A stretch of 32,395 nt of DNA from a virus (IMGVR_UViG_3300027772_000100:1-32395), one strand, 5' to 3'. Positions 8,361 through 16,984 are shown, counted from the stretch's first letter. Translations and numbers: made by a program. The notes: generated by a model from the sequence alone, not told the origin.

Positions 8361-10059
8361 TATTATTTTTATAGGAAAGAATGACAGTGATTTTTATAGA
8401 CTAAAATCACGATTCCTTAATGCTAAACGTGTGCCGATAGAAAGCGATATCTATTCAGCATTAATATCAGCATCTAAAAAATCATTTACTAAAATGTTCT
8501 GGGTTGTATGGGACAATCTAATTATAAATGAATCTTTCAATTTTGATTATAAAGTTCCAGAGTGGGATATGACTTATAATCATGTATTTCAAAATGGGGA
8601 TTTTTTTGACGGAGTTTGCTTATTTCCGAAAAATTTAAAAGTAAGCAAACGAGAAGCTGACTATAGATTTTTTACAAATAAAAAAGAAGTAGATGTACTA
8701 GCAAGTGCCCCGGCTCCTTACCAACAATTTAAGATTAATAACTACGACGAGTACTTGCTAGCTTTAGAAACGTGTACTACAGATATGTTCTGGGCAGTGT
8801 GGTCTAACATAGAAGTCCTGGATACTTCAATTTTTAATTTACAATTTAGCTATCATAACACTTACGATAAACAAGAAAATCATGTTTGGAAAAATTTATG
8901 TAATGATGCAGAATCTTATATAAGCGGACTAACATTGTTTAGCAAAACTAAGCAAGTTTCAAAAAAAGAAGTTAACTATAAAATGTTAATTAATAGAAAG
9001 GAGTATGACATTGTTGCAAGCCGATTTCGATATCCTAGATATTACATTAACACTTACGAAGAATATTTAAAAATACACCAAACAGAAACTGCACCTTTAT
9101 TTTGGTGTATTTGGCCAGAAATCCAAGTTACTAAAGAGTCTGTTTTTGATCTGTACTATGACCCATTAGACGGCACGTATGACTACGACAGAACAGAAAA
9201 TCATGTGTTCAAAAATCAAGATATAGAAGAAATCAAATATAACGGCTTGATGTTACTTACTACACAAAAAGCGCCTGTGAGTAAAAAAGAGGTTGATTTC
9301 CGATATATTATAAACAAGAAAGAACACGACGAAATAACCAGCTCGCTAAGACCCTACGACATTGTTTTTATCAGCTATAATGAGCCAAACGCAGAAGAAA
9401 ATTGGAATTTGTTAAAAACATACTTTCCTAGGGCTAAACGTATACACGGAGTTAAAGGCATACATAAGGCACATATAGAAGCCGCAAAACTAGCAACAAC
9501 TCCTATGTTTTGGGTTGTTGATGGTGATGCTGTTATAGCAGATAGTTTTGATTTTAGTTTGATGTTGCCGCAATATGATCGAGACATTGTTCATGTGTGG
9601 AAAAGCCAAAATCCAGTTAACGGATTAGTTTATGGTAACGGTGGAGTTAAACTATTACCAACCAATTTAACTATAAATGTAGATGTAACTAGTCCTGACA
9701 TGACTACAAGTATTAGTCCTCGATTTAGGGCAATGGATGAAATTTCTAATATTAATAATTTCAATACAGATCCATTCACTACATGGCGTTCAGCGTTTCG
9801 TGAGTGTGCTAAACTAGCAAGTAAAACCATAGCCGGGCAAATAGATGCGGAAACTACTGAGAGATTAGACGCTTGGTGTACACTCAGTGATACTGCTCAA
9901 TATGGATTTTATGCCTACTCGGGCGCACTCGCCGGCAGACAGTATGGTCAAGATAATGCCGGCAATATACCGGCATTAGCAAGGATCAATAACTACAGTT
10001 GGCTAGAAGTTATTTTTAATTCTCAACAAAATCATTTATCATTGGAAACGCTTCAGTAA
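8353..10059 (+). CDS. Multi-module glycosyltransferase-like protein: three degenerate repeats and a C-terminal intact GT-A domain paralogous to 7455..8360
   Basis: The C-terminal domain has 'DIVFISYNEPNAE', 'KRIHGVKGIH.AH', 'FWVVDGD', 'NGLVYGNGGVK' and 'WRSAFRECAK'. The repeats share 'FW..W', 'NHV[FW].N' and 'VSK.E..Y....N.KE'. Confidence 0.65.
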   Translation: MYDIIFIGKNDSDFYRLKSRFLNAKRVPIESDIYSALISASKKSFTKMFWVVWDNLIINESFNFDYKVPEWDMTYNHVFQNGDFFDGVCLFPKNLKVSKREADYRFFTNKKEVDVLASAPAPYQQFKINNYDEYLLALETCTTDMFWAVWSNIEVLDTSIFNLQFSYHNTYDKQENHVWKNLCNDAESYISGLTLFSKTKQVSKKEVNYKMLINRKEYDIVASRFRYPRYYINTYEEYLKIHQTETAPLFWCIWPEIQVTKESVFDLYYDPLDGTYDYDRTENHVFKNQDIEEIKYNGLMLLTTQKAPVSKKEVDFRYIINKKEHDEITSSLRPYDIVFISYNEPNAEENWNLLKTYFPRAKRIHGVKGIHKAHIEAAKLATTPMFWVVDGDAVIADSFDFSLMLPQYDRDIVHVWKSQNPVNGLVYGNGGVKLLPTNLTINVDVTSPDMTTSISPRFRAMDEISNINNFNTDPFTTWRSAFRECAKLASKTIAGQIDAETTERLDAWCTLSDTAQYGFYAYSGALAGRQYGQDNAGNIPALARINNYSWLEVIFNSQQNHLSLETLQ

Positions 10060-10705
10060 TTGCTTCTGCACATGCCTTAGCAATTTCTTGATGCTCTAAT
10101 TGAGTTCCATTGCCTGCACGTAACTCAATATAGTGTACCCAACTACGCAATGTTCCATTCATATATAAACGACTTACAGTAAGTCCCTCAGGCAACACAG
10201 CACGAGCTTGTTCTTTGGCAATACCGTTTTTAATGGCCCAGGCGTATTCTTGTTTAACACTAAACAGTACACGTTTTTGAGCACGTTCCCATTCAATAGC
10301 TAACAACTTTTGTTCTTCATTGTTGGGGTCAAATGCTACACTATTTTGCCTGTTCTTTGTGTCTTGAAATCTTGCTTCACGCAATACAAACGCTTCGTCG
10401 AGCTCAGCGGTAGGATCTGCATATCGTTGACTAAATTCTTGGAAGCTAAAACTTCGATGACGCAACATTTGACGAGCAATATCACGAGTTGTGGTGATTT
10501 CTAAACAAGCACTAGCCATTTCTAAAGGAGACCAATGTTTGTGTTTGACTAGATACTTGATTAGTTTTTCACTAGTTTCTGTGTTAAATTGATTACTAGG
10601 ATTACTTACCCTAGCGCAAAATGCAATTAGTTCTTGTACATCATACATGCCTTCTGCAACCATTTCTTTGCTAGGCTCACTAACACTAATTAATTTTACT
10701 TTCAT
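10016..10705 (-). CDS. thyX: Flavin-dependent thymidylate synthase ThyX
   Basis: Signature 'RHRSFSFQEFSQRY', plus 'HWSPLE', 'AKEQARAVLP' and 'GTLRSW.HYI.LR...TQ.EH'. Confidence 0.95.
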   Translation of the reverse strand: MKVKLISVSEPSKEMVAEGMYDVQELIAFCARVSNPSNQFNTETSEKLIKYLVKHKHWSPLEMASACLEITTTRDIARQMLRHRSFSFQEFSQRYADPTAELDEAFVLREARFQDTKNRQNSVAFDPNNEEQKLLAIEWERAQKRVLFSVKQEYAWAIKNGIAKEQARAVLPEGLTVSRLYMNGTLRSWVHYIELRAGNGTQLEHQEIAKACAEAITEAFPMINDFVEN

Positions 10706-11025
10706 CTAAGTTTTCTTTCTTTAAGGAATTTTTTGGTTGTTTTTTCAATATCTTTTTTAACACGTTCTGTATCAAGTTTAAAATCTATGTTATCAATTCT
10801 TTGTTCATAGGTCTTAAATAATTCAGACAGCGATTGTTCAAAAGACTCCCAACCTTCACGTTTAGTCTTTGCAGTAACTTTTATTTCCCAAACTTTTCCG
10901 TCTTTAAATGTGATCAATACTGCATGTAAATACCTAAGAGGTAACACATTAAGTTTTATCTCTCCGAATACTTCGGGCCAACATTCAATTACTTCTTTGG
11001 GAAGAGTTTTTCCCGGTTCGGTCAC
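10702..11025 (-). CDS. Hypothetical protein (107 aa)
   Basis: ORF with 4-bp overlaps at both ends. Confidence 0.7.
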   Translation of the reverse strand: MTEPGKTLPKEVIECWPEVFGEIKLNVLPLRYLHAVLITFKDGKVWEIKVTAKTKREGWESFEQSLSELFKTYEQRIDNIDFKLDTERVKKDIEKTTKKFLKERKLR

Positions 11026-11663
11026 ACTGTATCTTTAGCTTTCTTTTTAGCAGGTGCAAGTTCTTCAGCTTTGCGTCTAAATTCAGCCGCTTGCTTTGCA
11101 AACTTATCTGCTTGACTACGATAGTGTTTTGCTTCAGCTTCCGAGTCAGTAAAAGAAGTTACTTCTGGAGCTGTTTCGTTCACACTCGCAGATGTAGTTT
11201 TACCAACATCAGCAGTTTCAGAAGGCATAGATCTTGCAGATGCAACTTCAACTACTTGAGTCTTATCGTGACTACCTGGGGCAATACACAAGCCGTCGAC
11301 CGCAATACCACGTTGTTCAGCAATAATTTGATTAAGTTCTGACAACAATACAGATACACCGATTGTTGGGGTCATCTCAATTTGATCAGTACTGACTTTT
11401 ACCAAACGACGAGTTGAATGTAAATTTGGCAACATTCTGCTTCCGTCTGGAAATTGTGTGCGATCTAATGCCTCTGCAAATTCGTATGCTTCTTGGGCAG
11501 ATGAACTTTCGACGCAATTAATAATAGCATTATGCATCTCATCTGGCATGCTTTCTGTTGGTATAACTAGTGCGCTATAAGCGTCACCAGGTAGTGTTCG
11601 ATAAGCAACTAGTACTTTTTTACCTGTTGCTTTGATTCTACCTACGTGTTTTAATGATTGCAT
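11022..11663 (-). CDS. Hypothetical protein (213 aa) with a charged helical C-terminus
   Basis: Long ORF; GGAG before the start; C-terminal Ala/Lys/Glu-rich helix. Confidence 0.75.
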   Translation of the reverse strand: MQSLKHVGRIKATGKKVLVAYRTLPGDAYSALVIPTESMPDEMHNAIINCVESSSAQEAYEFAEALDRTQFPDGSRMLPNLHSTRRLVKVSTDQIEMTPTIGVSVLLSELNQIIAEQRGIAVDGLCIAPGSHDKTQVVEVASARSMPSETADVGKTTSASVNETAPEVTSFTDSEAEAKHYRSQADKFAKQAAEFRRKAEELAPAKKKAKDTV

Positions 11664-11665
11664 AA

Positions 11666-11902
11666 TTATGCTCCTGTTTTTGCAGTCTCAGCTTGTTTAG
11701 CAACCTGATCCAAAAATGCTGTTAGTTTAGTATATGTTTGTCCTACAGCCGCATATTCGTTCGGCTTAAATGCACCACGTGAACTGGCAATATCGATGAT
11801 TACTTTCATTGCGTTTAAATCATTGATAGTAAGATCGTTGTTTGCTTCTTGCGTTGCAGGTGCTTCTTGCTCTGCTGTATTTTGTTCTACATTATCAGTC
11901 AT
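11666..11902 (-). CDS. Hypothetical small protein (78 aa)
   Basis: Strong AAGGAG RBS. Confidence 0.75.
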   Translation of the reverse strand: MTDNVEQNTAEQEAPATQEANNDLTINDLNAMKVIIDIASSRGAFKPNEYAAVGQTYTKLTAFLDQVAKQAETAKTGA

Positions 11903-11931
11903 GGTATCTCCTTTGTAAAATACAATAGTAA

Positions 11932-12216
11932 TTATCTTTGTTGTAAATGTGGGCAGGCAATTGTGAAGAAACTAAGTTCTTTTTCACTTTCAAAACCGAT
12001 AGCTGTTGTATAGATAAATGTGTTGTTATCTAGTGCAATCCCTTGCCCTATATAATACCTATTATTTAGATTATTTTTGATCCAGGTATTAATGTTTTTG
12101 ATTAAGCTAGGAGTGTATCTATCTAATGTTGTGTACTTAAAATGAGGGCAGGCAAACTCAACCCTCCGTAAGTCAAAATAGTTTAGAGGATTGGGTTTAC
12201 CATTTTTAAGTGCCAT
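11932..12216 (-). CDS. Hypothetical protein (94 aa, MALKNGKPNPLNYF...)
   Basis: The ATG at 12216 lies just after the stop of the VWA gene. The longer ORF-track start (12384) overlaps that gene and is unlikely. Confidence 0.65.
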   Translation of the reverse strand: MALKNGKPNPLNYFDLRRVEFACPHFKYTTLDRYTPSLIKNINTWIKNNLNNRYYIGQGIALDNNTFIYTTAIGFESEKELSFFTIACPHLQQR

Positions 12217-12217
12217 C

Positions 12218-13402
12218 TTAAGCCGTTTCTTTAACTTCTTCGTAATAAGCATACTCGCCAAATGGCGGCACAATCTTATTGTTTCCGTGAATGATAAAAA
12301 CTGTATCACAGTAATCTTCATCACCCCATGAGCCCCAAGGATAACCATCAGTGAACATGATAAACTTTTTAGGATGAATATCATTTTCTTTCATGTACTC
12401 CCAATTGGCATCAAACTCAGTGCCACCACCGCCTACTGGTTGGTAGTCATCAAAATCGTCCATTGAGTAACCATCAAAGTCTGCTTCGTTATAAACACGA
12501 GTATCAAAACACCATACTTTAATTTTAAATTCTTGATACTCTTGCATGATGCCTTTGATCTCTGTTAAGAAATCTTTGGCTTGCTCATCACCGATCGAAC
12601 CTGACATATCAATTGCTACACAAATATCAATTGTTTCTTTAAAGTTAGTACCTGGAAGAATAGCACCCATGTGCCAGCCTTTACGGTTAGGACGCATAAA
12701 ACTAAAGTCGTTCTTAATAGTACTTTGGATTTGCTGACGGATAATTTCACGCCAGTTCATCTTAGGTTCTGTAAGTTCCTTAATCATTCGTTGAATGTTA
12801 GCCGGTGTATTTCCTGCACCCGCTGCCTGTGCCGCTTGCATTGTTGCTTCGCGGATTTCATCACGAATCTGTTTTAGTTCTTCTTTAGAGTAACTAGGCT
12901 TATTTCCGTTAGCATCTTTGTCACCCCAGTCAACGTGATCGTCAAGTAATTGACCTAATGCCGCTAAACTTTCTTCGTCATGCTTTTCAAAAATATCATC
13001 GTATACTTGTTCAGAACTCCAATTATAATACTTTGGGTCATGAAAGATTTTAATATCTGGAGGAGGTTCGCCGATGCGGTCACGTACTAATTGACCGTTT
13101 ACACAATAGTCTGCCGCCGCATTAAAAATACGACGATCTCTGCCTTCAGTACGGGCCAGGTGATCAAATACATTATGCAGAATCTCGTGTGCAATAACAA
13201 ATTCAATTTGCTTAACAGTAAGGGGTTCAAAAAATGGTCGGCTAAAAAATATAGTACGACCGTCAGTAGCCGCTGTCATACACCAATCTGTAGCTTCTTC
13301 AATTTTAAGGCGTGTAGCCATGTTGCCAAAGAATGGATGACGTAGTAGCAAGCCTACCCGTGCTACAATAATTTTATCAATAATTGGATCTGTATGTGAC
13401 AT
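12218..13402 (-). CDS. Metallopeptidase-like (HExxH) plus VWA domain protein (DUF2201-type MoxR partner)
   Basis: 'AATDG', 'IAHEILH', MIDAS 'AIDMSGS', 'GGGGTEF' and 'FTDGY'. Confidence 0.88.
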   Translation of the reverse strand: MSHTDPIIDKIIVARVGLLLRHPFFGNMATRLKIEEATDWCMTAATDGRTIFFSRPFFEPLTVKQIEFVIAHEILHNVFDHLARTEGRDRRIFNAAADYCVNGQLVRDRIGEPPPDIKIFHDPKYYNWSSEQVYDDIFEKHDEESLAALGQLLDDHVDWGDKDANGNKPSYSKEELKQIRDEIREATMQAAQAAGAGNTPANIQRMIKELTEPKMNWREIIRQQIQSTIKNDFSFMRPNRKGWHMGAILPGTNFKETIDICVAIDMSGSIGDEQAKDFLTEIKGIMQEYQEFKIKVWCFDTRVYNEADFDGYSMDDFDDYQPVGGGGTEFDANWEYMKENDIHPKKFIMFTDGYPWGSWGDEDYCDTVFIIHGNNKIVPPFGEYAYYEEVKETA

Positions 13403-13431
13403 TTTTGCTCCTAATGTTTCAGTATGTATAT

Positions 13432-13460
13432 ATTATAACAGGACCCGAAGGTCCTGTCAA
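13432..13460 (-). promoter_or_regulatory. Consensus sigma70 promoter TTGACA-17bp-TATAAT with extended -10 (TGn); the spacer is a hairpin
   Basis: Minus strand reads TTGACA GGACCTTCGGGTCCTGT TATAAT. AGGAG RBS before the VWA gene. Confidence 0.85.
13438..13457 (-). terminator. 8-bp stem, cUUCGg tetraloop hairpin downstream of the MoxR gene (possible terminator or processing stem)
   Basis: ACAGGACC-TTCG-GGTCCTGT, 18 nt after the MoxR stop. The U-tail is weak (TATAAT). Confidence 0.5.
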
Positions 13461-13475
13461 TTAACCTAAGCTCAA

Positions 13476-14573
13476 TTAACGGCTTTCTTTTTCAGTAGCC
13501 TGTGCAATATACTTACCAAACTTTTGATGGAACGCTTCAAAACAGTCGATCTCATCTGGATCTAATGGCAACTTGTAGCTAGACAATGCCAACTTAGTTC
13601 CCATAATAACCAATTCTGTTTCAAAATTATCCATCATAAATTGGAAGAAGTTGTTAACTTGGCTATTCCAATTTTTGGCATTTTTATCGCAAGCATCTTT
13701 AAGCTCGTAGCATAGTGACACAGTTAAAGAATACATTGCTGAAATCTCTTTAGATTCCATTTTCTTAACTTTGCCTGACAGGATATCTGTAGGGTTAGGC
13801 ATCTTGCTTGAAATCTTACGGTGTGCCATAAACTTAACTGCAAGACCTTCTCCAACGGAGCCGCTGATCAAATCAGTTAGTGTATCATTATCGCAGTCGT
13901 CATCGACTAACAACTCGCTAACAAATGACCAGCTACGTGGAGTAGCAAATGCACGTGAGCTAGATTTTGGATCAAAGTCATACAAGTCTTTCTTAGAGAA
14001 AGTTAAAAAGCCTACAACATCTTTATGGATCTTGTTTTCAGTAGCCCACTCAAAGTAGTCATCCCAATCAACTGTAAGTTCCAAGTGAACAAAACGGTTA
14101 GCCAATGGAGCAGGCATACGGAATGTAACACCCTTGTCTGTTTCACGGTTACCTGCGGCAACCATAACAACATTGTCTGGAAGTTTGTAAGTGCCAACAC
14201 GACGATTCAAAATCAATTGATAAGCCGCGGCCTGTACACTAGGCGCCGCACTATTCATTTCATCCATAAACAATACAATTTGTTTATGCTTACTTGCCAT
14301 TTCCTCATCTGGCAATTCGCTTGGGGGAGCCCAAACCATTTTGCTAGTGTTTGAGTCAAAGTAAGGAATACCTTTAATGTCGGTAGGTTCCCAAAGGCTC
14401 AAACGAACGTCGATGACATGAGCATCAAGCTCTATACCAAGTTGTTTGATAATGTCCGACTTACCGATTCCGGGAGGACCCCACATAAAGATTGGACGTT
14501 TATTTTTAAAAGCCTTACGCAAAGACTTTTTCGCGCCCTTGGGGCTAACTGTCCGGCTAATAACTTCGCTCAT
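13476..14573 (-). CDS. MoxR-like AAA+ ATPase
   Basis: Walker A 'GPPGIGKS', Walker B 'LFMDE', 'AAGN', arginine finger 'PLANRF' and sensor-2 'TPRSW'; adjacent to a VWA gene. Confidence 0.9.
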   Translation of the reverse strand: MSEVISRTVSPKGAKKSLRKAFKNKRPIFMWGPPGIGKSDIIKQLGIELDAHVIDVRLSLWEPTDIKGIPYFDSNTSKMVWAPPSELPDEEMASKHKQIVLFMDEMNSAAPSVQAAAYQLILNRRVGTYKLPDNVVMVAAGNRETDKGVTFRMPAPLANRFVHLELTVDWDDYFEWATENKIHKDVVGFLTFSKKDLYDFDPKSSSRAFATPRSWSFVSELLVDDDCDNDTLTDLISGSVGEGLAVKFMAHRKISSKMPNPTDILSGKVKKMESKEISAMYSLTVSLCYELKDACDKNAKNWNSQVNNFFQFMMDNFETELVIMGTKLALSSYKLPLDPDEIDCFEAFHQKFGKYIAQATEKESR

Positions 14574-14622
14574 ACTATTTCCTTTATAAAAATGCGGGTT
14601 AAGTTTTACTGTCTATGTATGT

Positions 14623-14651
14623 ATTATAAAGGAAAGCGCAGGTATTGTCAA
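14623..14651 (-). promoter_or_regulatory. Consensus sigma70 promoter TTGACA-17bp-TATAAT upstream of the MoxR ATPase
   Basis: Minus strand reads TTGACA ATACCTGCGCTTTCCTT TATAAT ACATACATA. AAGGA RBS. Confidence 0.85.
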
Positions 14652-15055
14652 GCGTTTTTTTGGCTAGCTAACTCTTTTTCACGTTCATTCATGGCCTTAA
14701 TTAGCCCAAATTTTCTAATGTCGTCGGAAAACAAATACAGCTCAAAACTTTTACGTTCGGAGAACACTGTAATACTTTGGTTTGTGAGATAATACGGACA
14801 ATCAATGTATCTTTCCAAAAAGATAATTGTTTGTGGACTAAGCTCGATTGGCTCAGTAAATGGAACTTCATACATATGAAGTTCTAAGGTATTGGTTAGA
14901 AAATCAAATCCCTCATCACTTAATCGAAAAGCATTTTTTTTATTTGCTCGATTTGATTGCCACCATTTGTGAGAATACAAATTTAAATTGGCATCGTCTA
15001 TACTTTTACCCCAGTGCTGTAAAAATATTTTGGTTAACACATCTCTGTTAATCAT
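14648..15055 (-). CDS. Hypothetical protein (135 aa)
   Basis: ORF in an operon with an ATGA overlap. Confidence 0.7.
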   Translation of the reverse strand: MINRDVLTKIFLQHWGKSIDDANLNLYSHKWWQSNRANKKNAFRLSDEGFDFLTNTLELHMYEVPFTEPIELSPQTIIFLERYIDCPYYLTNQSITVFSERKSFELYLFSDDIRKFGLIKAMNEREKELASQKNA

Positions 15056-15336
15056 TTTAGAACAGTGCCCTGGGTTAACATGACAACTTGAAAATTAGTA
15101 GTGCCAAAAGTTAAATTTAATTTTTTGGCTAAGTTGCGAGCATGTCCAGGATTACTGAATGACACTTTTTTATATTTTGGGCCTGGGTAACTTGTTAGGC
15201 TATTTGAGCTTTTTAAATTGAAGGGTTCATTCTTATAGAACACAGCCCAGATGGCTTCGGCCTCGAGGATCTGCTCGCTTTTATAAGTTTTCTTATCTAT
15301 GTGCTCTAATAGCACTTTTGGCTTAGGTCTTGACAT
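15052..15336 (-). CDS. Hypothetical basic protein (94 aa)
   Basis: ORF 'MSRPKP...YPGPKYKKVSFSNPGHA'. Confidence 0.7.
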   Translation of the reverse strand: MSRPKPKVLLEHIDKKTYKSEQILEAEAIWAVFYKNEPFNLKSSNSLTSYPGPKYKKVSFSNPGHARNLAKKLNLTFGTTNFQVVMLTQGTVLK

Positions 15337-15337
15337 A

Positions 15338-15370
15338 ATATGCGTCCGAGTAATATACGCATATATTTAT
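15338..15370 (-). promoter_or_regulatory. ATAAATA motif overlapping an 8-bp stem-loop that covers the translation initiation region
   Basis: Minus strand: ATAAATA (15370-15364), then stem ATATGCGT (15364-15357), an 11-nt loop and ACGCATAT (15345-15338), 1 nt before the ATG. Confidence 0.5.
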
Positions 15371-15372
15371 CT

Positions 15373-15621
15373 CTATTTAGGGTCTTCTAAGCCACCACCG
15401 TCCATTGTTACAGTTACAACTTCGGTATCGATACTGCGTTTTAATGCAGTATACATGCTTTCGTAGTCTTGATGTAGTTGATCCATTAATTCAATAAGGG
15501 CTAGATTCATTAACCTAGCCTGCTGAATCGGAATCTTAACCTCTTTGCTCTGAGATAGTTCTGCGGCTCTTACCAGCTGAGCAAATTGAGTTATAGGACT
15601 TAGGTTAATCTGATTTTGCAT
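15373..15621 (-). CDS. Hypothetical protein (82 aa)
   Basis: ORF overlapping the end of the upstream gene. Confidence 0.65.
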   Translation of the reverse strand: MQNQINLSPITQFAQLVRAAELSQSKEVKIPIQQARLMNLALIELMDQLHQDYESMYTALKRSIDTEVVTVTMDGGGLEDPK

Positions 15622-16084
15622 TTGCCAATACCGTTTTCATTTCAAGCTCTGATTTAAAAGGACCTTTGCTTGGGTAACGCTCGATAGTGATTGCTTTTGG
15701 ACAGAAACTCTTAACCCATCCCTTGTCAAATTTAATTACATAATAGCCTGCACAGTACAAGCTCTTACTGGCATTTGATTTTGTAAACAACGGTAGTTTA
15801 CGTTGGACATCATACATTGCATTGTACGGTTTGCAACTAGTCGGATATCCGTGACATTCATAGACATCCGGTTGTGTAACTTTTACTTTAACACTTGTTA
15901 AAAAGAATCCTTGTCCAAATTGTTTAGTAAGATCATCTTTTTTATTAAACATAACTTCACCATTGGTGCTACTAAGAACAAATTTATTATTTTCTTTTTT
16001 ATGTAGTGTGGCAATTTTATTGCCGTCTTTTTCCACAATCCAAAATTTGCCATCTACAATTGGTTTTGCATATATCTCTGTCAT
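15605..16084 (-). CDS. Hypothetical protein (159 aa)
   Basis: ORF coupled to the upstream stop (TAA-TT-ATG). Confidence 0.7.
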   Translation of the reverse strand: MTEIYAKPIVDGKFWIVEKDGNKIATLHKKENNKFVLSSTNGEVMFNKKDDLTKQFGQGFFLTSVKVKVTQPDVYECHGYPTSCKPYNAMYDVQRKLPLFTKSNASKSLYCAGYYVIKFDKGWVKSFCPKAITIERYPSKGPFKSELEMKTVLANAKSD

Positions 16085-16086
16085 AA

Positions 16087-16782
16087 TTATTTCCTATCAC
16101 CAAATAACTGTAACAAGTTTAAAAACAAGTTGATAAAGTCCATATACAATGTCAACGCACCACTAACTTCAGCGGCTGGTGTTGTATCTACACTTAGTTC
16201 TTCACGAATGCGTTGTGTGTCGTATGCTGTTAATCCTAGGAAGATTATAATTGCTAATGCTGAGATTACCATGGCCATAACACTTGATCCGATAAAGATG
16301 TTTACAATGCTGGCAATAACGATAGCAATCAATCCTACGAACATCATTTGACCCATTGAGCTTAGATCCTTTTTGGTAAAATAACCATAGCCGCTCATCA
16401 CACCAAACAAGATTGCCGCACCCATAAATGCACTAACAATACTGCCCATGTTGAATACAGCAAAGATCATAGAAAAGCTCAAGCCCATAAGCGCCGCAAA
16501 ACCATGTAGGCATAACTGTGCAGTACCTTTACTAGGGTTGTTACCTAGCACATAGCTAACACCAAAAATGGCCGCTAATGGAGCAAAGATCACAATCCAC
16601 TTGAGTACACCTGTAAAAAAGAATTGTAGCAACTCTGGGCTAGTACCCACAAAGTAACTGACCAGCATGGATACAACAACTGCCAGACCCATGTGTCCGT
16701 AAACACGGCCCATCGCAGAGTTAATTTCCTCTGCTGAACGATAATTTAGAACACCGCCACTTGTATAATTTGCACCAAACAT
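16087..16782 (-). CDS. Bax inhibitor-1/YccA family membrane protein
   Basis: About seven hydrophobic segments; 'YGYFTKKDLS', 'LTAYDTQRI' and 'ALTLYMDFINLFLNLL'; AAGGAG RBS. Confidence 0.92.
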   Translation of the reverse strand: MFGANYTSGGVLNYRSAEEINSAMGRVYGHMGLAVVVSMLVSYFVGTSPELLQFFFTGVLKWIVIFAPLAAIFGVSYVLGNNPSKGTAQLCLHGFAALMGLSFSMIFAVFNMGSIVSAFMGAAILFGVMSGYGYFTKKDLSSMGQMMFVGLIAIVIASIVNIFIGSSVMAMVISALAIIIFLGLTAYDTQRIREELSVDTTPAAEVSGALTLYMDFINLFLNLLQLFGDRK

Positions 16783-16792
16783 ATTAATCTCC

Positions 16793-16984
16793 TTATTGAT
16801 CTAAAGGTAATGTATTCCACTCTTTAATCAGAGTGAGTACTTCTTCTTCCGAGTTGCAAAGTGTCTTGGTAGTTTTCCATTCTTCTTTTTTATCTCGTCC
16901 GCCGATTTCAACCATCCAACCGTTATCGTACCGATTGATGCTGATATTTTCATTTACTTTTGCTAGTTTACTTAGTTGTGACAT
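16793..16984 (-). CDS. Hypothetical small protein (63 aa)
   Basis: AAGGAG RBS; clean ORF. Confidence 0.7.
   Translation of the reverse strand: MSQLSKLAKVNENISINRYDNGWMVEIGGRDKKEEWKTTKTLCNSEEEVLTLIKEWNTLPLDQ

Noticed and set aside
12217-12384. N-terminal extension of ORF 11932..12384
   Set aside because: It overlaps the VWA gene out of frame. The ATG at 12216 is coupled to the VWA stop and is the more plausible start.
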